Below are positions 36,647 to 48,105 of a stretch of DNA of 64,000 nt, piece by piece. The position numbers and the translations under genes were made by a program. Source of the DNA: Eremomyces bilateralis CBS 781.70 (lineage: Eukaryota); the NCBI GenBank assembly GCA_010015585.1, contig ML975160.1; one strand, written 5' to 3'. The notes beneath the pieces were generated by a model, which worked only from the letters and a program-made list of their open reading frames with translations, was not told the origin of the DNA and did no database searches. The first letter of the stretch is position 1; each line of letters opens with the position of its first letter.

Positions 36647-38517
36647 CTACTCCACATCCCAAGGGGTATCTTCCTTCCGGATATAAGGCACCGGCACGTC
36701 CGCTCCATATTTCATCTCACCAATCGTCATCCCATGCCCCAAGAACCGAAACACGTTCTCCGGATCCTTCCACTGCACCACGTAATGTTCGAACCGCGGC
36801 GTCTTCATATACTTGAGGTGATGTAACATCGAGCCACTCCACACATGGATCCTCCCATCCGGCTTGTTATCTTTATACCAGCTCCTGCAGTCCTCCGCCC
36901 AGATCGAATGCTTCTTGTGCCACGTATCCATATATCGATTCAACTGGTCCGTCAGATCCTCCCGCGGCTCCACGCTCGCAATTTGGTCCTCCTGCATGTG
37001 CCGAACCACCTGTAGGATGTACTCGATCTGCACGTCGTGCGATGGCAGGATGCTTCCCTGCGCCCACTGCCCGCGCGGTCCGTTCACGACGAAGTAGTTC
37101 GGGAACCGCGGCACCGCGACCGCCGCGTAGACGTTCGGCTCCGCGCTGGATTGCATGTGCTCCCCACCGCGGCCGTAGATAGGGAAGTGCGGCTGGTATT
37201 GCACGTCGAAGCCCGTGGCGCAGGCGATGAAGTCGAAGGGGTGCTCGTTGCCATCGGCGGTGAGAATGCCGTTCGGGGTGAAGCGCTGGATGCCGGTGTG
37301 GACAGTGGTGACGTTGGGGCGGGTCAGGGCCTCCAGGAAGCCTTCGCCGGGGGTGAGGCGGCGGCATCCGGGGGACCAGGAGGGGATGATGAGTTCTTTG
37401 AGGTCGTCTCGGTCGCCTAGGCGTGTACGCATAAGATTCTGCATGGCGGCTTTTGCGGTGAGATTTAACTCGCTGCCGCGGTAGAACATGGAGAAGCCAC
37501 CGACAACCCTTTGCTCGCTATTGAAGATCAGCGTTGACCTATCCGTGAGCTGATACCTGCCTTACATTCGACGACGATACTTCTCGAGATAGTCGGGGTC
37601 GTCCCTAAATCTCTGCTTCTCCTTCTCGGTGTAAAGATGATGACCCGGAGCATCAGGGTTTTGCGACTCTGAATCTGCCTCTTTGTTGTCGATGTCGCTA
37701 GCAAAAGGTGGCCCAATGTAGGTTTCGTTGCGCATGAAGACCGTGAGGTGCTTGGCTGTGTCGGCCAGAACGGGAGTCATTTGGATTGAACTGGAATTCT
37801 TCAGCAAACTTTCTCTGGTAGCTCGTAGAAGTAGCCTTCGTACCTCGATCCGGTCCCAATCACCGCCACCTTCTTTCCCTCCCATTTCAGGTTCCTGTCC
37901 CAGTCGGCGGAGTGAGCGAGCTCGCCTTTGAAGTCCTGGAGGCCTTCAATATCCGGCCACTTCCACCTGCTCAAAACCCCAGTCCCGTTCACGAAAACAT
38001 CACACGTGTCCTCAAATCGGCTGCCATCACTCTGGCGAAGCCCGACCCGCCATACCTTCGCGGCTTCATCCCAAGTCGCGTCGGTCACTTCCGTGTTGAA
38101 CTTCATGTACGGCTGCAACTCATGCTTCTCGTAGAACCGCACCATGTACTCCTGGATCTCGTCTGCGCCTGCGTAATAGCCCGACCACTCGGGGTTCGCG
38201 TCGAAAGGGAATGTGTACGTGTGGGCAGGGATATCGCATGCGCAACCGGGATATCGGTTGACCCACCAGGTACCGCCAGGGACTGGGTTGCGTTCGTAGC
38301 AGGTCAAGCTGTACTTCTGGAGCCATTTCCGCGCCTTGTAGGCGAAGAGAAGTCCACTGGCTCCAGCTCCGACGTGAATGATCCTGATCGGGTCGGGGTC
38401 ACATTGCGGTCGATCGGGAACTTCCATATCAGCCATTGAAGGGCCATGGGAGTCCGAGGGACTAGGTATGGGAATGGTGGCTGCAATAGCTTGCAGTCTA
38501 GTATTGGGGGACGACAT
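36647..38517 (-). CDS. Baeyer-Villiger-type flavin monooxygenase, 3 exons
   Basis: GAGASG, GGTWWVNRYPGCACD, BVMO fingerprint FKGELAHSADWD, GTGS|SSIQ, GCRRLTPG and ATGFD. Confidence 0.92.
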
Positions 38518-40342
38518 GGGAAAGTGAGCTAGAACTGAAGGACTTTCTGTAACTGAAAGGGATAGTACATGCAGGACTGTGAGAGCGCTGGAAATGGTTT
38601 GACACAGTGAAGACCGAGATAACTCGTCTGGCAGCTATGGGCGAACCTTTATATCAACCGCGACATTGAATGCTCAAGAACTTGATACAACAAAGAAGGC
38701 CCGTATGGAGGACCATTTCCGAACCTACTCAAGCACTCCTCGGTGAACCGAGGTCCCGCTCGTTGAAGTTTCGTGGTCAATGAGATGCTTCGATTGAAGA
38801 AATCCATTTCCCTTCCGCAGTCTGGTACTATCGGCTGGACGAACTCGAGTGAATGGTGAGTTGTGGGGGTCAGAACCCCCCGCAATGGCATCGTCAGTGG
38901 AATAGCCGAGTGCCAAGATATACCGATCCCGTAAACACTAATAGCACCTTATACGGGCATGTGTTAAATGTTAATATTGAGTCAGCTTCTGTGGTTTAGT
39001 TGTGGAGGTGGAGTTTAGAGATCTAAACTCCATGTCTTAGACAAGCGATCGGTTGCTCAACGCCGAAAGTCCGTCTATATGTCCTTATCAAAGTACATCC
39101 TTCGACCTCGTAAATGGATTTAAGAAGGACGTAAGGCTCAACGATCTAGAGGCTGACAAATATTTGGCATATCATTGATGAAGTTGACGAGTTGAACTTC
39201 GGATATCTGTTCCCATGATCTTGTCCTTTCGGATCTCCTCGTCCCAAAGGGGTTTAGCTTGAAGCCATCGGGGCTGCCCCCTTACACCGGTCTCGTGAAG
39301 TTTGAGATTCTCGACAATGAAGCCAAAAATATTGACGCTTGAGTGTCCGTTTGCAAGGGAACAGTGAGTATCGGATGCTTGTCCCAGATGAATATGCCTC
39401 GGGAAGCAACAGCCGCTGTGGCGGCCCTTGTCGCTTTTCCGTAATGAACCCTCAGCTGAACGTCCTCTCGACACGGATATGGATAGTACTACCCTGCTTG
39501 ATAAGACCCAATACGGTATAATTATGTGAGATCCTCGGATGGCATCACACGATTCTGAACATGGACTCGGATATATTCCGCTGTCCAAAGGGCTTACAAA
39601 CGCCGAGTCTCCAAGTCTCATGTTCCTAAACGACCAAGACATTCAGCCGGCTGTGACGCGACTGAAGGAGTTCGCCGTCAGCCTCGTAACTGGGAAGGCG
39701 AATAACGGAGTATATCGAGGAGAGGTTGGGAACCTCGGCTCGCTATTGAACTATCCTGTTTGTCCACGAGCTGACAGCAGCTCAGCGGGAAAAGGTTCTT
39801 CTACACTTCAATCCGGGAAGAAACGACTCGTCGCCGGACATGATGGGGATCGCTGAAGCAGCATGACATGGCCACTCTCCTAACCGCGCTCTGTGGATGT
39901 ATCAAGTCCAAGATTACTGGGATCAAGGCACATATGCAGAACAAATTTACCCATCCATAAATATCGCGTCTATCTTGAACTCGCAGATCGAAAGCATGTG
40001 TATTGAAAAGCTGCGTTGAATCACCCTCAGTATGAAGGAATTGAACCCCTTCGGCGTATCCTCACGTCGAGAGGGCGAAGCTGGATCGATCTTGAAGACA
40101 TGCTACAGTTTCTTTGCATACGAGAGTGAAAACGCAAAGTCTTCAGACAACCACCAAAATAAAACCCCTGGACGAAGCGAGAACAACCCCAAAAAGCCTC
40201 AATACAAGCTCTTGCGAAGGAAATACAGCATCCCCCGATAAACGCCTTCCACCCGGAGTTTTGAAGACCCTGAATTGCGCCATCGTCCACAACTGTAGCC
40301 TCAAAGGCCCCTGATACGAAACGGAAGAGACATGCCACAGCT

Positions 40343-41472
40343 CTAAGCACTTCTCTGGTAGACGCCGACGACCATGGCATGGTCCCTCTCGAAAGGCTCA
40401 AGGGTAAGCTGCTCCTTGGGCTTTATCCTCTCTGACCTTAGCTTCTCGACTTCTTTGGAGAACACAACCTCCGGCGCGGCCGTGCTGTCGATGCAGTTGG
40501 CCTTGATGGACACGACGACGCCTCCGCCAACCTTGAGGAACAAGTGAGCGTTCAGGGCAACGATACGGGCCTGATCGGGTTGCGCAACATCGGCGAAGAT
40601 GCAGTCAACCATGGAAACGAGCATGCGGTATCGGAGCGGGTGTCGGGCATCCTCAACGATGGGGATAACATTGGTTCGGTGAGTCGCCATGTTGATAAGA
40701 TCTCGTCCAGATCGGTGAGAGAATTCGACGGCGTAGACTACGCCGGTGGGTCCCACGAGGTCAGCGACGTGAGAGACGGACGTTCCGGATGCGGCTCCGA
40801 GATAGAGGACCTTGGAGCCGGGCTTCATGTGGATGTCTGCCAGACCACCAAGGATACCCGCAGCCAACTTGCTTCGGAAAGGATTCCAGACACGATATTC
40901 GATGGACGTGGGAGCGTCACCATCTGCTGCGCCTTCTGCGGGCGGGTTTTGGACCGAGATTCGCTTTTCTCCATAGACCGATTCGCCGGGCGCGATGTTC
41001 TTCGTGACGAGCAGATCTTCCTTACCACGTGCGACGAACACGCCGGCATGTCTATGCGGTTCCTTAAATATTGTCAGCATTGCGCGGTCTATCAGATTTT
41101 GGAAAGCACTTACAATGACCACTCTCTGTCCGCCTTTTGCGCCGGCGCCACCGAATCCTCCTCGTCCTCCTCTGCCACCTCTATCGCCGCCTCGGGGAGC
41201 ACCTCGACCACCTCGAGGACCACCGCGGCCTCGTCCACCAAATCCGCCTCGGTCACCACCGCCAAAGCCTCCTTGAAGACTGTCAGTAACCGACTCAATC
41301 GGCGATGATTGAGCTTCAACAGAAGCTAATGCACCCGAAGATCTCAAGTGCCATTGGAGAATTGCTCACCTCGTCCACCTCGTGCACCACCTCGTCCACC
41401 GCGGGGAGGACCACCGAACCCGCCACGGCCGCCACGGCTGTCGCCACGACCTCCTCGTGGTGTAAATGCCAT
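40343..41472 (-). CDS. NOP1: Fibrillarin (rRNA 2'-O-methyltransferase), 3 exons
   Basis: N-terminal RGG domain, [29 protein letters not shown] and EPFERDH. Confidence 0.98.
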
Positions 41473-41622
41473 CTTCCTCTTTAACTCCTGAGTATTATGC
41501 GCTCGGGTATGTGGGTTAGAAGCGTGATTAGGGGGATGATTAGGGGGATGAATGTAGCGATGCACAAGTAGATCAAGCTCAAACTTTCTCTGCGTTCCAA
41601 AAGTTTTCAGATGGTGGGCGAG

Positions 41623-41683
41623 CTTGCAGGGATGTGTCACGTGATTAATTTTTGCAGGGGCCAGCCAATCATTCGCTGAGTGG
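41623..41683. promoter_or_regulatory. NOP1/RPL17 bidirectional promoter module
   Basis: GTCACGTGAT, AATTTTTGCAGGGG, CAGCCAATCA and TTCGCTGAGTGG clustered in the ~355-bp divergent gap. Confidence 0.55.
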
Positions 41684-41828
41684 TTCACCATTTTTCCTGC
41701 GGCGCCTTCGGCGAAACGTTCTTCCCCGCTCTCGCACACTTTCACTTCATCACAATATTTGGCACGCAAACATCACCTATTACCGATACACTGACACTTC
41801 GATCTCGTTGCTCGACACCTCCGCCAAA

Positions 41829-42579
41829 ATGGTACGCGGTCGCGACTATCCGAATCCCTTCGTCCATCCGCTGATCCGGTCTTCTATAGGTTCGATACGC
41901 AACGACGGCCGATTCAGCGAAATCCGCGAAGTCGCGAGGCTCCTACCTCCGCGTCTCCTTCAAGAACACCCGGGAAACCGCCCAGGCCATCAATGGCTGG
42001 AAGGTCCCGCGTGCTCTCCAATACCTTGAGAATGTAATTGGACACAAGGAGGCCGTGCCGATGCGACGATATGCCGGCAGCACCGGTCGATGTGCTCAAG
42101 GTATGTACAATTGCATCCTATGGTGGAGGATCTACGCTGGAATACCAGTGGGAGTTCAATGGGACCCAAGGGCTGATTCATTTCTACAGGCAAGCAATTC
42201 GGTGTCTCCAAGGCTCGATGGCCCGCCAAGTCGGCCGAGTTCCTCCTCGGTCTCCTCAAGAACGCCGAAGCCAACGCCGATACCAAAGGCCTCGATACCA
42301 GCGCTCTCATCATCAAGCACATCCAAGTCAACCAGGCCCCGAAGCAGAGAAGACGCACTTACCGTGCTCACGGTCGTGTACGTTGGAACCAGTCAAGCGC
42401 AATATGGACGGTTGAAACTAATGCGTCCTTAGATCAACCCCTACATGTCAAACCCCTGCCACATCGAGATGATCCTCACTGAGGGCGACGAGGTCGTTAA
42501 GAAGGCTGCCCCGGTCGCGGAACGCTTGAACACCCGACAGATCGGCGCCCGCCGAAGGAAGGCCATCACCTCCGCTTAA
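41829..42579 (+). CDS. RPL17: 60S ribosomal protein L17 (uL22), 4 exons
   Basis: M|VRYA...[21 protein letters not shown]...GRCAQ|GKQFG...[22 protein letters not shown]. Confidence 0.97.
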
Positions 42580-42851
42580 ATGTCGGATTGGACGAAGGGG
42601 ACAAAGGATGCGGTTGAAGAAGCAGAAGCGCCGTGGATTCACTCTGCGGTTGCGGTCATCTCTCCATAACTTCTTATGGACGTTTCGGGCGTCTCGTGTG
42701 CTTCAGAAGCATTGCGTGGGGAAATTCTTTCTATGATCAGTCACTGCGCGGGTACTCATGGCCAAAATACAAAAGCGTATTGCATATGAATTGTGTCAAT
42801 TATATCATTCCCTCGTCTATGCTATTGATTCCAGTTACTCCGAACTCCCTG

Positions 42852-44202
42852 CTACAGCTTCGGCCCCTTCCAGCTAACTCCCGCATCCCCATCCCCATAC
42901 ACGAACACATTCCCTGCCGTTGGCGCCGCCGCCGCGTTCTGCGCATCGTTAAAAGCGTTCGGGTCCTGCAGAAACGATTCGTCGCCGGAGAAGTGCCTGA
43001 ATGGGTTTGAAGTATGAGCGTGTCGTCCCCAGCCAGTCGGCAAAATCAAGGAGATATGGAAGGGTCAATTTCGGCAACAATCGCGACGGGCTTCGCCGCC
43101 ATCTTGGCCTCCATCGAGAAGTCCCTAATGCTCGCGATTAAATCTCTGAACAGCGATCTCGCTCCGATCACAAGATGGCCGCAATAATAGACTTTGACGG
43201 GGTAAAGGAAAACGTGCTTAAGATCACTCACCAGCCTCTCTCCTCACCGCCTTTGAGGAAACTGCAGTCCGAATTATGGACGCAGTCCCACCCTCCGCCA
43301 ACTCCTTTCCCCCCTATCCAATCCAGCTCCGGAATGTTCTCCGGGTCCTTCGGATCCCACTCCGCGACCGGTGCCTTCACCCCGGCCTCTGTTGGGTGAT
43401 TAGTCCGCCTCACAAACATCGACAGACCGCATGTGTAACAGGAGAAATCGTGCTCCTCTGGCTCTGCGGGCATCAGACCCGTCAGCGCTCGTCCCGCCGC
43501 AATGATGAAGGCGGCATGCGTGCAGATCACCACGGATTTGGGTCCCTTCGGATCACGGTCAAGGTCGGAGATGATGCGGGCTAATGCGTAGGCGGCACGG
43601 TTGTGCAGTCCCATAGTAGATTCGCCGTTCGTAGACGGACGCGCAACAGGAGTGTAAGAACGGTCCATGATATCTGGGAAGTGGACCTCTAGCTCATCTA
43701 CTGGGGCTGGGGACGGATGCTCGAATCGTGCTTCCCCAAAGAACTCCCTAGAATCTAGATTAGCTACACGTCGAAGCCCTTAAACCGACTACACTGAAGA
43801 CTGACCCTACGCCGTTCTCTACCCGAACTTTCTTTGCCCCGCCCGCAGCAGCCCATTTGTCGATCGCAGGTTTGATCGTCTGGATACAACGGTACCATGG
43901 CGACGAGTAGACGACATCCACGGGCGGGTCTATGCTAAGTAATTTATCGCCGAGCTGCTTGGACTGGTCGACGCCATAGCTTGATAGTGCTGGATCAGCT
44001 GGAATCCCCGTGGGCGTTGGGACGGAGGAGTGATAGACTCCGGTTTCGTGGTTCACGGACCAGTTGGACCGGTACTGTTTGGAAGTTAACGATTATTCGG
44101 AAAGGGTGTAATTCGACAGAAGATATAGTTCACTCGGGGGTGGGCCCCCCAGGACGTTATACGTACACCGTGCCTCACAATATAGATAACTTCGAGAACC
44201 AT
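42852..44202 (-). CDS. Histidine phosphatase (phosphoglycerate mutase family, TFC7-like), 4 exons
   Basis: MVLEVIYIVRHG|YRSNW, SSPWYRCIQT, ICTHAA and GEERGW|HFSGDESF. Confidence 0.88.
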
Positions 44203-44989
44203 CCTTCTTCTAGTTGTCTTCGAGGCAGAATTCGCGCAAAGGTACTAGAGGTACAATGAACTGGAGACTGAACTGGATTGATGTTGTTGGATTGAACCCA
44301 GTAATCGTGGTAATACTACACTTGTGAGTTGCGACTAAAGAAGATCCGAGGTTACGGCAGTTTTTGATATTTTGATATTCCAACGAACGCAATGAAGAGA
44401 GAAGTGCTGGAGATTCTCTAGAACGCTGGATGTATAAGTACATGGAGTCTGCAAGACACACGAGTTTTCAAGTTCGCTGAGGGAAAATGATATTTCCATT
44501 CGGACTTGAATCCGCTTGTCCGCTTTCACGAGCTGTGGTGAAAGAAAGGTAGGTACCTATGAACCATGCACATCCTAGAAAGACCACCATTGAATATCAC
44601 GATCTCCTAGCAGACAATAGTTTATGGACCACACTAAGAATCATGTCACCAGTCACAGGACCATGCACCACCTAGACAACCCACAACCCTTTACTATACA
44701 ATACGGTGTCTACAACCCACCAATCATCTATTATAGGTTTTCCTGGGCTGCGTTCTCATTTCTTTCAAAAGGAAGCGACTGGATATATCACCACAGCAGA
44801 GATCACATTCCTCACTCAATATTCAAACGATTTATGCTTCAACAAGCTCTTTTGATTGATCTATGAATAGCATCGCTTCAAGAACTTTTGGGATGCTTCA
44901 AGGTACGTCAGGTCCGCTGCATGTGCTCAAACCGTTCCATACACCTTCCGCTGGGACACAACAACAGTGCTGAGAACCCATGGTATCGC

Positions 44990-45624
44990 TTAGTAGAAGA
45001 AGCCGATGATCTTGCCCGCGACATGCTTTCGCCTGGCCTCCTCGTGGTCCATGATCCCAGCCGAGGTGGTGAGGACAATGAAGCCGAATTGACGCGACGG
45101 CAGAAGCTGGACGACCCACTTCTCGAGGTCTTTGAGCTGGACGTTGTATCGCGGGCTGATGCAGCCGGTCTTGTTGATGCTGGATCTTCTGTTAGCGAGA
45201 CCGAACTACGAAGCGCATCGGAAAGGCCGAACATACCGTCCGTTGAGCTGGACCACGATCTTGCCGTTGCGGTGGTCGTCAATCTCCTCGAACTCGCCAA
45301 TGTAGCCTGGAAACAGTCAGCATGTTTCGACATATTAAACAAACGTGCCGAATCGTAGTCGGCACACAGTGTGAGATGTCGCAAAGTCAATCTCCCCGGA
45401 ACTTAAAGGGCGAATAGCCATTTAATCGACCAAGCGCCTAGTTATCAACCGGGTGGGGGGAAGGGTGGAAGGGAAAATCGTAACAACGTACCATGCTTCT
45501 GCATGACGCGCAGGAACTTGACGATGACCTTCGAGCTCGGTCGGATCAGGACCTGGCGCTTTCCCGACTTCTCGGCATTGTTGATGGCGTTCAAGCAATC
45601 GTTGAGGACGGAGGTGCGAGTCAT
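44990..45624 (-). CDS. RPS22: 40S ribosomal protein S22/S15a (uS8); two CDS introns plus a 5'UTR intron at 45677-45855
   Basis: [19 protein letters not shown]...[12 protein letters not shown]...[28 protein letters not shown]...[22 protein letters not shown]. Confidence 0.98.
45320..45454 (-). ncRNA. Intronic H/ACA snoRNA, snR44-like
   Basis: Lies in RPS22 intron 45307-45491. Hairpin CCGG-UUGAUAACU...UUUAAG-UUCCGG has a pocket complementary to 18S UUAAA-U-C-AGUUAUC; second hairpin GUGCCG/CGGCAC; ACA box just before the branch site. Yeast snR44 is hosted in an RPS22B intron. Confidence 0.85.
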
Positions 45625-46226
45625 GGTGTCGGTTGGACGCGGAGATTCTCAAAGGCACGTAGGCTATTTGAGGTATCTGAAATCAGGTCCAGTTAGTGTC
45701 CTGTAGCCCAGAGCGTGAAGAGTACCCATTGCCAGAGCATTTGAATGGGTTCATCAACTCTGATCAAGGGACATAGAGTATCGCTGACGACCAGATATTG
45801 GCCGAAGAGCGATTTCCATGCCTGGCCACTTGAAGGGAGGATATCATAATCTTACCTCTGTATTAGTTTTGAAGTTTGTGAATGTTAAAAATCAGATGGA
45901 AGTTTGGAACAGGAGAAGAAGTAGAGACGGGAAATTTGAGTGCGAGAAGCGAGCCGCCAAGACTTCGCGAAGTTGCCTAAGGCATGAATATTGGGTGGTA
46001 CAAAGTAGAGGTGCCTCAGGTATAAACAATGTTGGTGCCTTACGTTGCTTTCCTGTTCCACTCCTGTCTCATCGATTATAGCAGCACCTGGGGAGGATCG
46101 AGAAGTCCAACCGACTATATCTTCGCATATCCTTTATCTTCTTAGCTGCAGTGCGGTGGATTCGATTCATCGGCACAAGTGACGGCTATTATGTAATATC
46201 TGGCTTCCTTGATACGTTCCCGAGCG

Positions 46227-47079
46227 ATGTCTCTTGAAGAGTCCTGTTGTACCTGCGCCGCCTTCCTATCCTCTATCCCTCCGACATACGATGAGAAGAC
46301 GGAGAAGCCGGCACAGCATGAACGGCGGCTGGGATGCTGCGGCCGGGTAATATGTTCGCGATGTATCACTGACAACCCGCGATTTGCGCAGTACTGTCCG
46401 TACTGTCAAACTTCGACTGCTGCGCCGTCACCGTCACTCGACCTTTCGGATCCTCCTGCGTACTCTCCACCGAGTCTGACTGCGACAGACATTGACGATG
46501 AGCTTCCTCCGCCTTACATAAATCCTGAAGGTGTCCAAGTTGGCGACGCGAAAGACGCTGCGCCTGCACCAGATGTACTCCACTTCATAAACGCGGATCG
46601 AGACTCGATGTCTTCATTGTCCTTACAATACAACGTCCCAATCCAAGCCCTCCGACGAGCAAACGGGCTGTATTCCGACCACCTGCTCATCGCTCGACGG
46701 ACCCTGCTGATTCCTGGCGAATTCTACAAAGGGGGCGTGAGCCTCAGTCCGCGGCCCATCGACGGCGAGGCAGCGGAGGCGCGTAAAGCGAAGATCCGGC
46801 GCTGGATGGTCGCCTGCAAGGTCGCTGAGTAGGTCCCTAGCTTTTCCGCCGCTGTATGGTCGGGTCCACAAGGTGGTGACTGACGAAAGTGTCGCCCCGG
46901 CGCATAGGTATGATATTGCGGTGTTATATATGACGCAGCACGACTATGACCTCGACGCGGCGGTCCATGCGTTTAGGGACGATGCACGGTGGGAATTGGA
47001 ACATCCTATGGCTAGAATAACGGGTAAGGCGAAAGATACCTCGATCTCGTTCATGTCCCGTCTGAAGAGGGCGTTGTGA
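46227..47079 (+). CDS. Intracellular LysM-domain protein with RING-like N-terminus, PY motifs and UBA-like tail, 2 exons
   Basis: CxxC...CCGRVICSRC...CPYC; PPAY and PPPY; LysM HFI...DSMSSLSLQYNVPIQALRRANGL...TLLIP; AE|YDIAVLYMTQHDYDLDAAV. Confidence 0.85.
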
Positions 47080-48105
47080 ACCCTTCCAAGAGGGGGTATG
47101 CGAGTTAGCGCTGGACGGCTACACAACATGCCTCTTCGCAAGGGACCGGCTCTGTCAAGAGGCTATTATTAGCTTATACCGGTCCCTTTAAAGTTTCTAT
47201 CCATGGTATCGACTTGCTATCCTCGTACTGAATACAACCTCTCCATCCGCGAGTACTTCTGTGATATCGCCAGCGACTAGAATGACCTCAGCTAAAGTTC
47301 AACTTCACACCCCTACTTATCCAAATATACATATTCAATAACCTTCACCTCGCTCCGATACTATCTTTGAACTATTCCATGGGGTTTAGACGTCAGGTCG
47401 TGGAATCGTGGCTGCCGCGAACACGCCTATCAAAGCGCCTAGTGCGAGCTCTAAGAAGCCCCCTCAGCGCTTAACTTCCCACTCCGCGAATCAATCCTCC
47501 AACATTCCATCTCACAAACGCCCCGAGGAGATCGACCTTAAATGCTTGGAAACCGCAACTGCATGACACGGCCAATCGGAATCCATCAGGGGAATCTTCA
47601 CACTGTTCAAGCGTTTTAGTTGGGCTGCCCGTGCCGGAGGGTTGGTTCAGCGCTCAGGGGCGTACACAATACCTTCACCTCTCTCTGGGTAGGGCGCTCG
47701 TTCGGCGCGCTGTCGCGGACGGGCGATGTTGCAATGGCTGTTTTCAGCATGGCGTCTAGGTTATCTGCACGTCTGCTGCATATCAGAGTTTCATTGTGGT
47801 GGTCGTCTAAGCGCCGTCGCACGCCACGGGTTGGGTTGGCTGGGTGTCTCAGGCGGGTAAAATCTGAGGCAATTGAAGTATTAGACCTTAGGACCCCCTC
47901 GAGATGCTTCCGTTTTGTCTTTAGCGAGTTTTGTTTGTCTCTTCGTTTTGGCTTCCTAGTTGAAGACCAATTTTTTATTCATCATCTTGAGCGTGCTACC
48001 GGTTCTGTGAGCTGGACAAATCGCCACTTTCGATTCCATTGACATATTAGCCAAATCCTTTAATAACTTCGCATCGTCAACTTCTACGACCTCTTGTTTC
48101 CCAAA

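Noticed and set aside
36647..38517. Monooxygenase as trimethylamine monooxygenase completing a TMA pathway with DUF1989/DUF3445
   Set aside because: The fingerprint is FxGxxxHxxxWD (BVMO type), not the FMO/Tmm HxxxY/F type, and the gene is 11 kb away.
39150..39870. Coding-looking fragments between the BVMO and NOP1
   Set aside because: I could not assemble a consistent gene model or recognise a family.
45784..45810. Hammerhead-like CTGACGA...GAA on the + strand (also GCCGGGCGAAAC near 50865)
   Set aside because: The catalytic core is incomplete; the first case is simply the reverse complement of the RPS22 intron hairpin.
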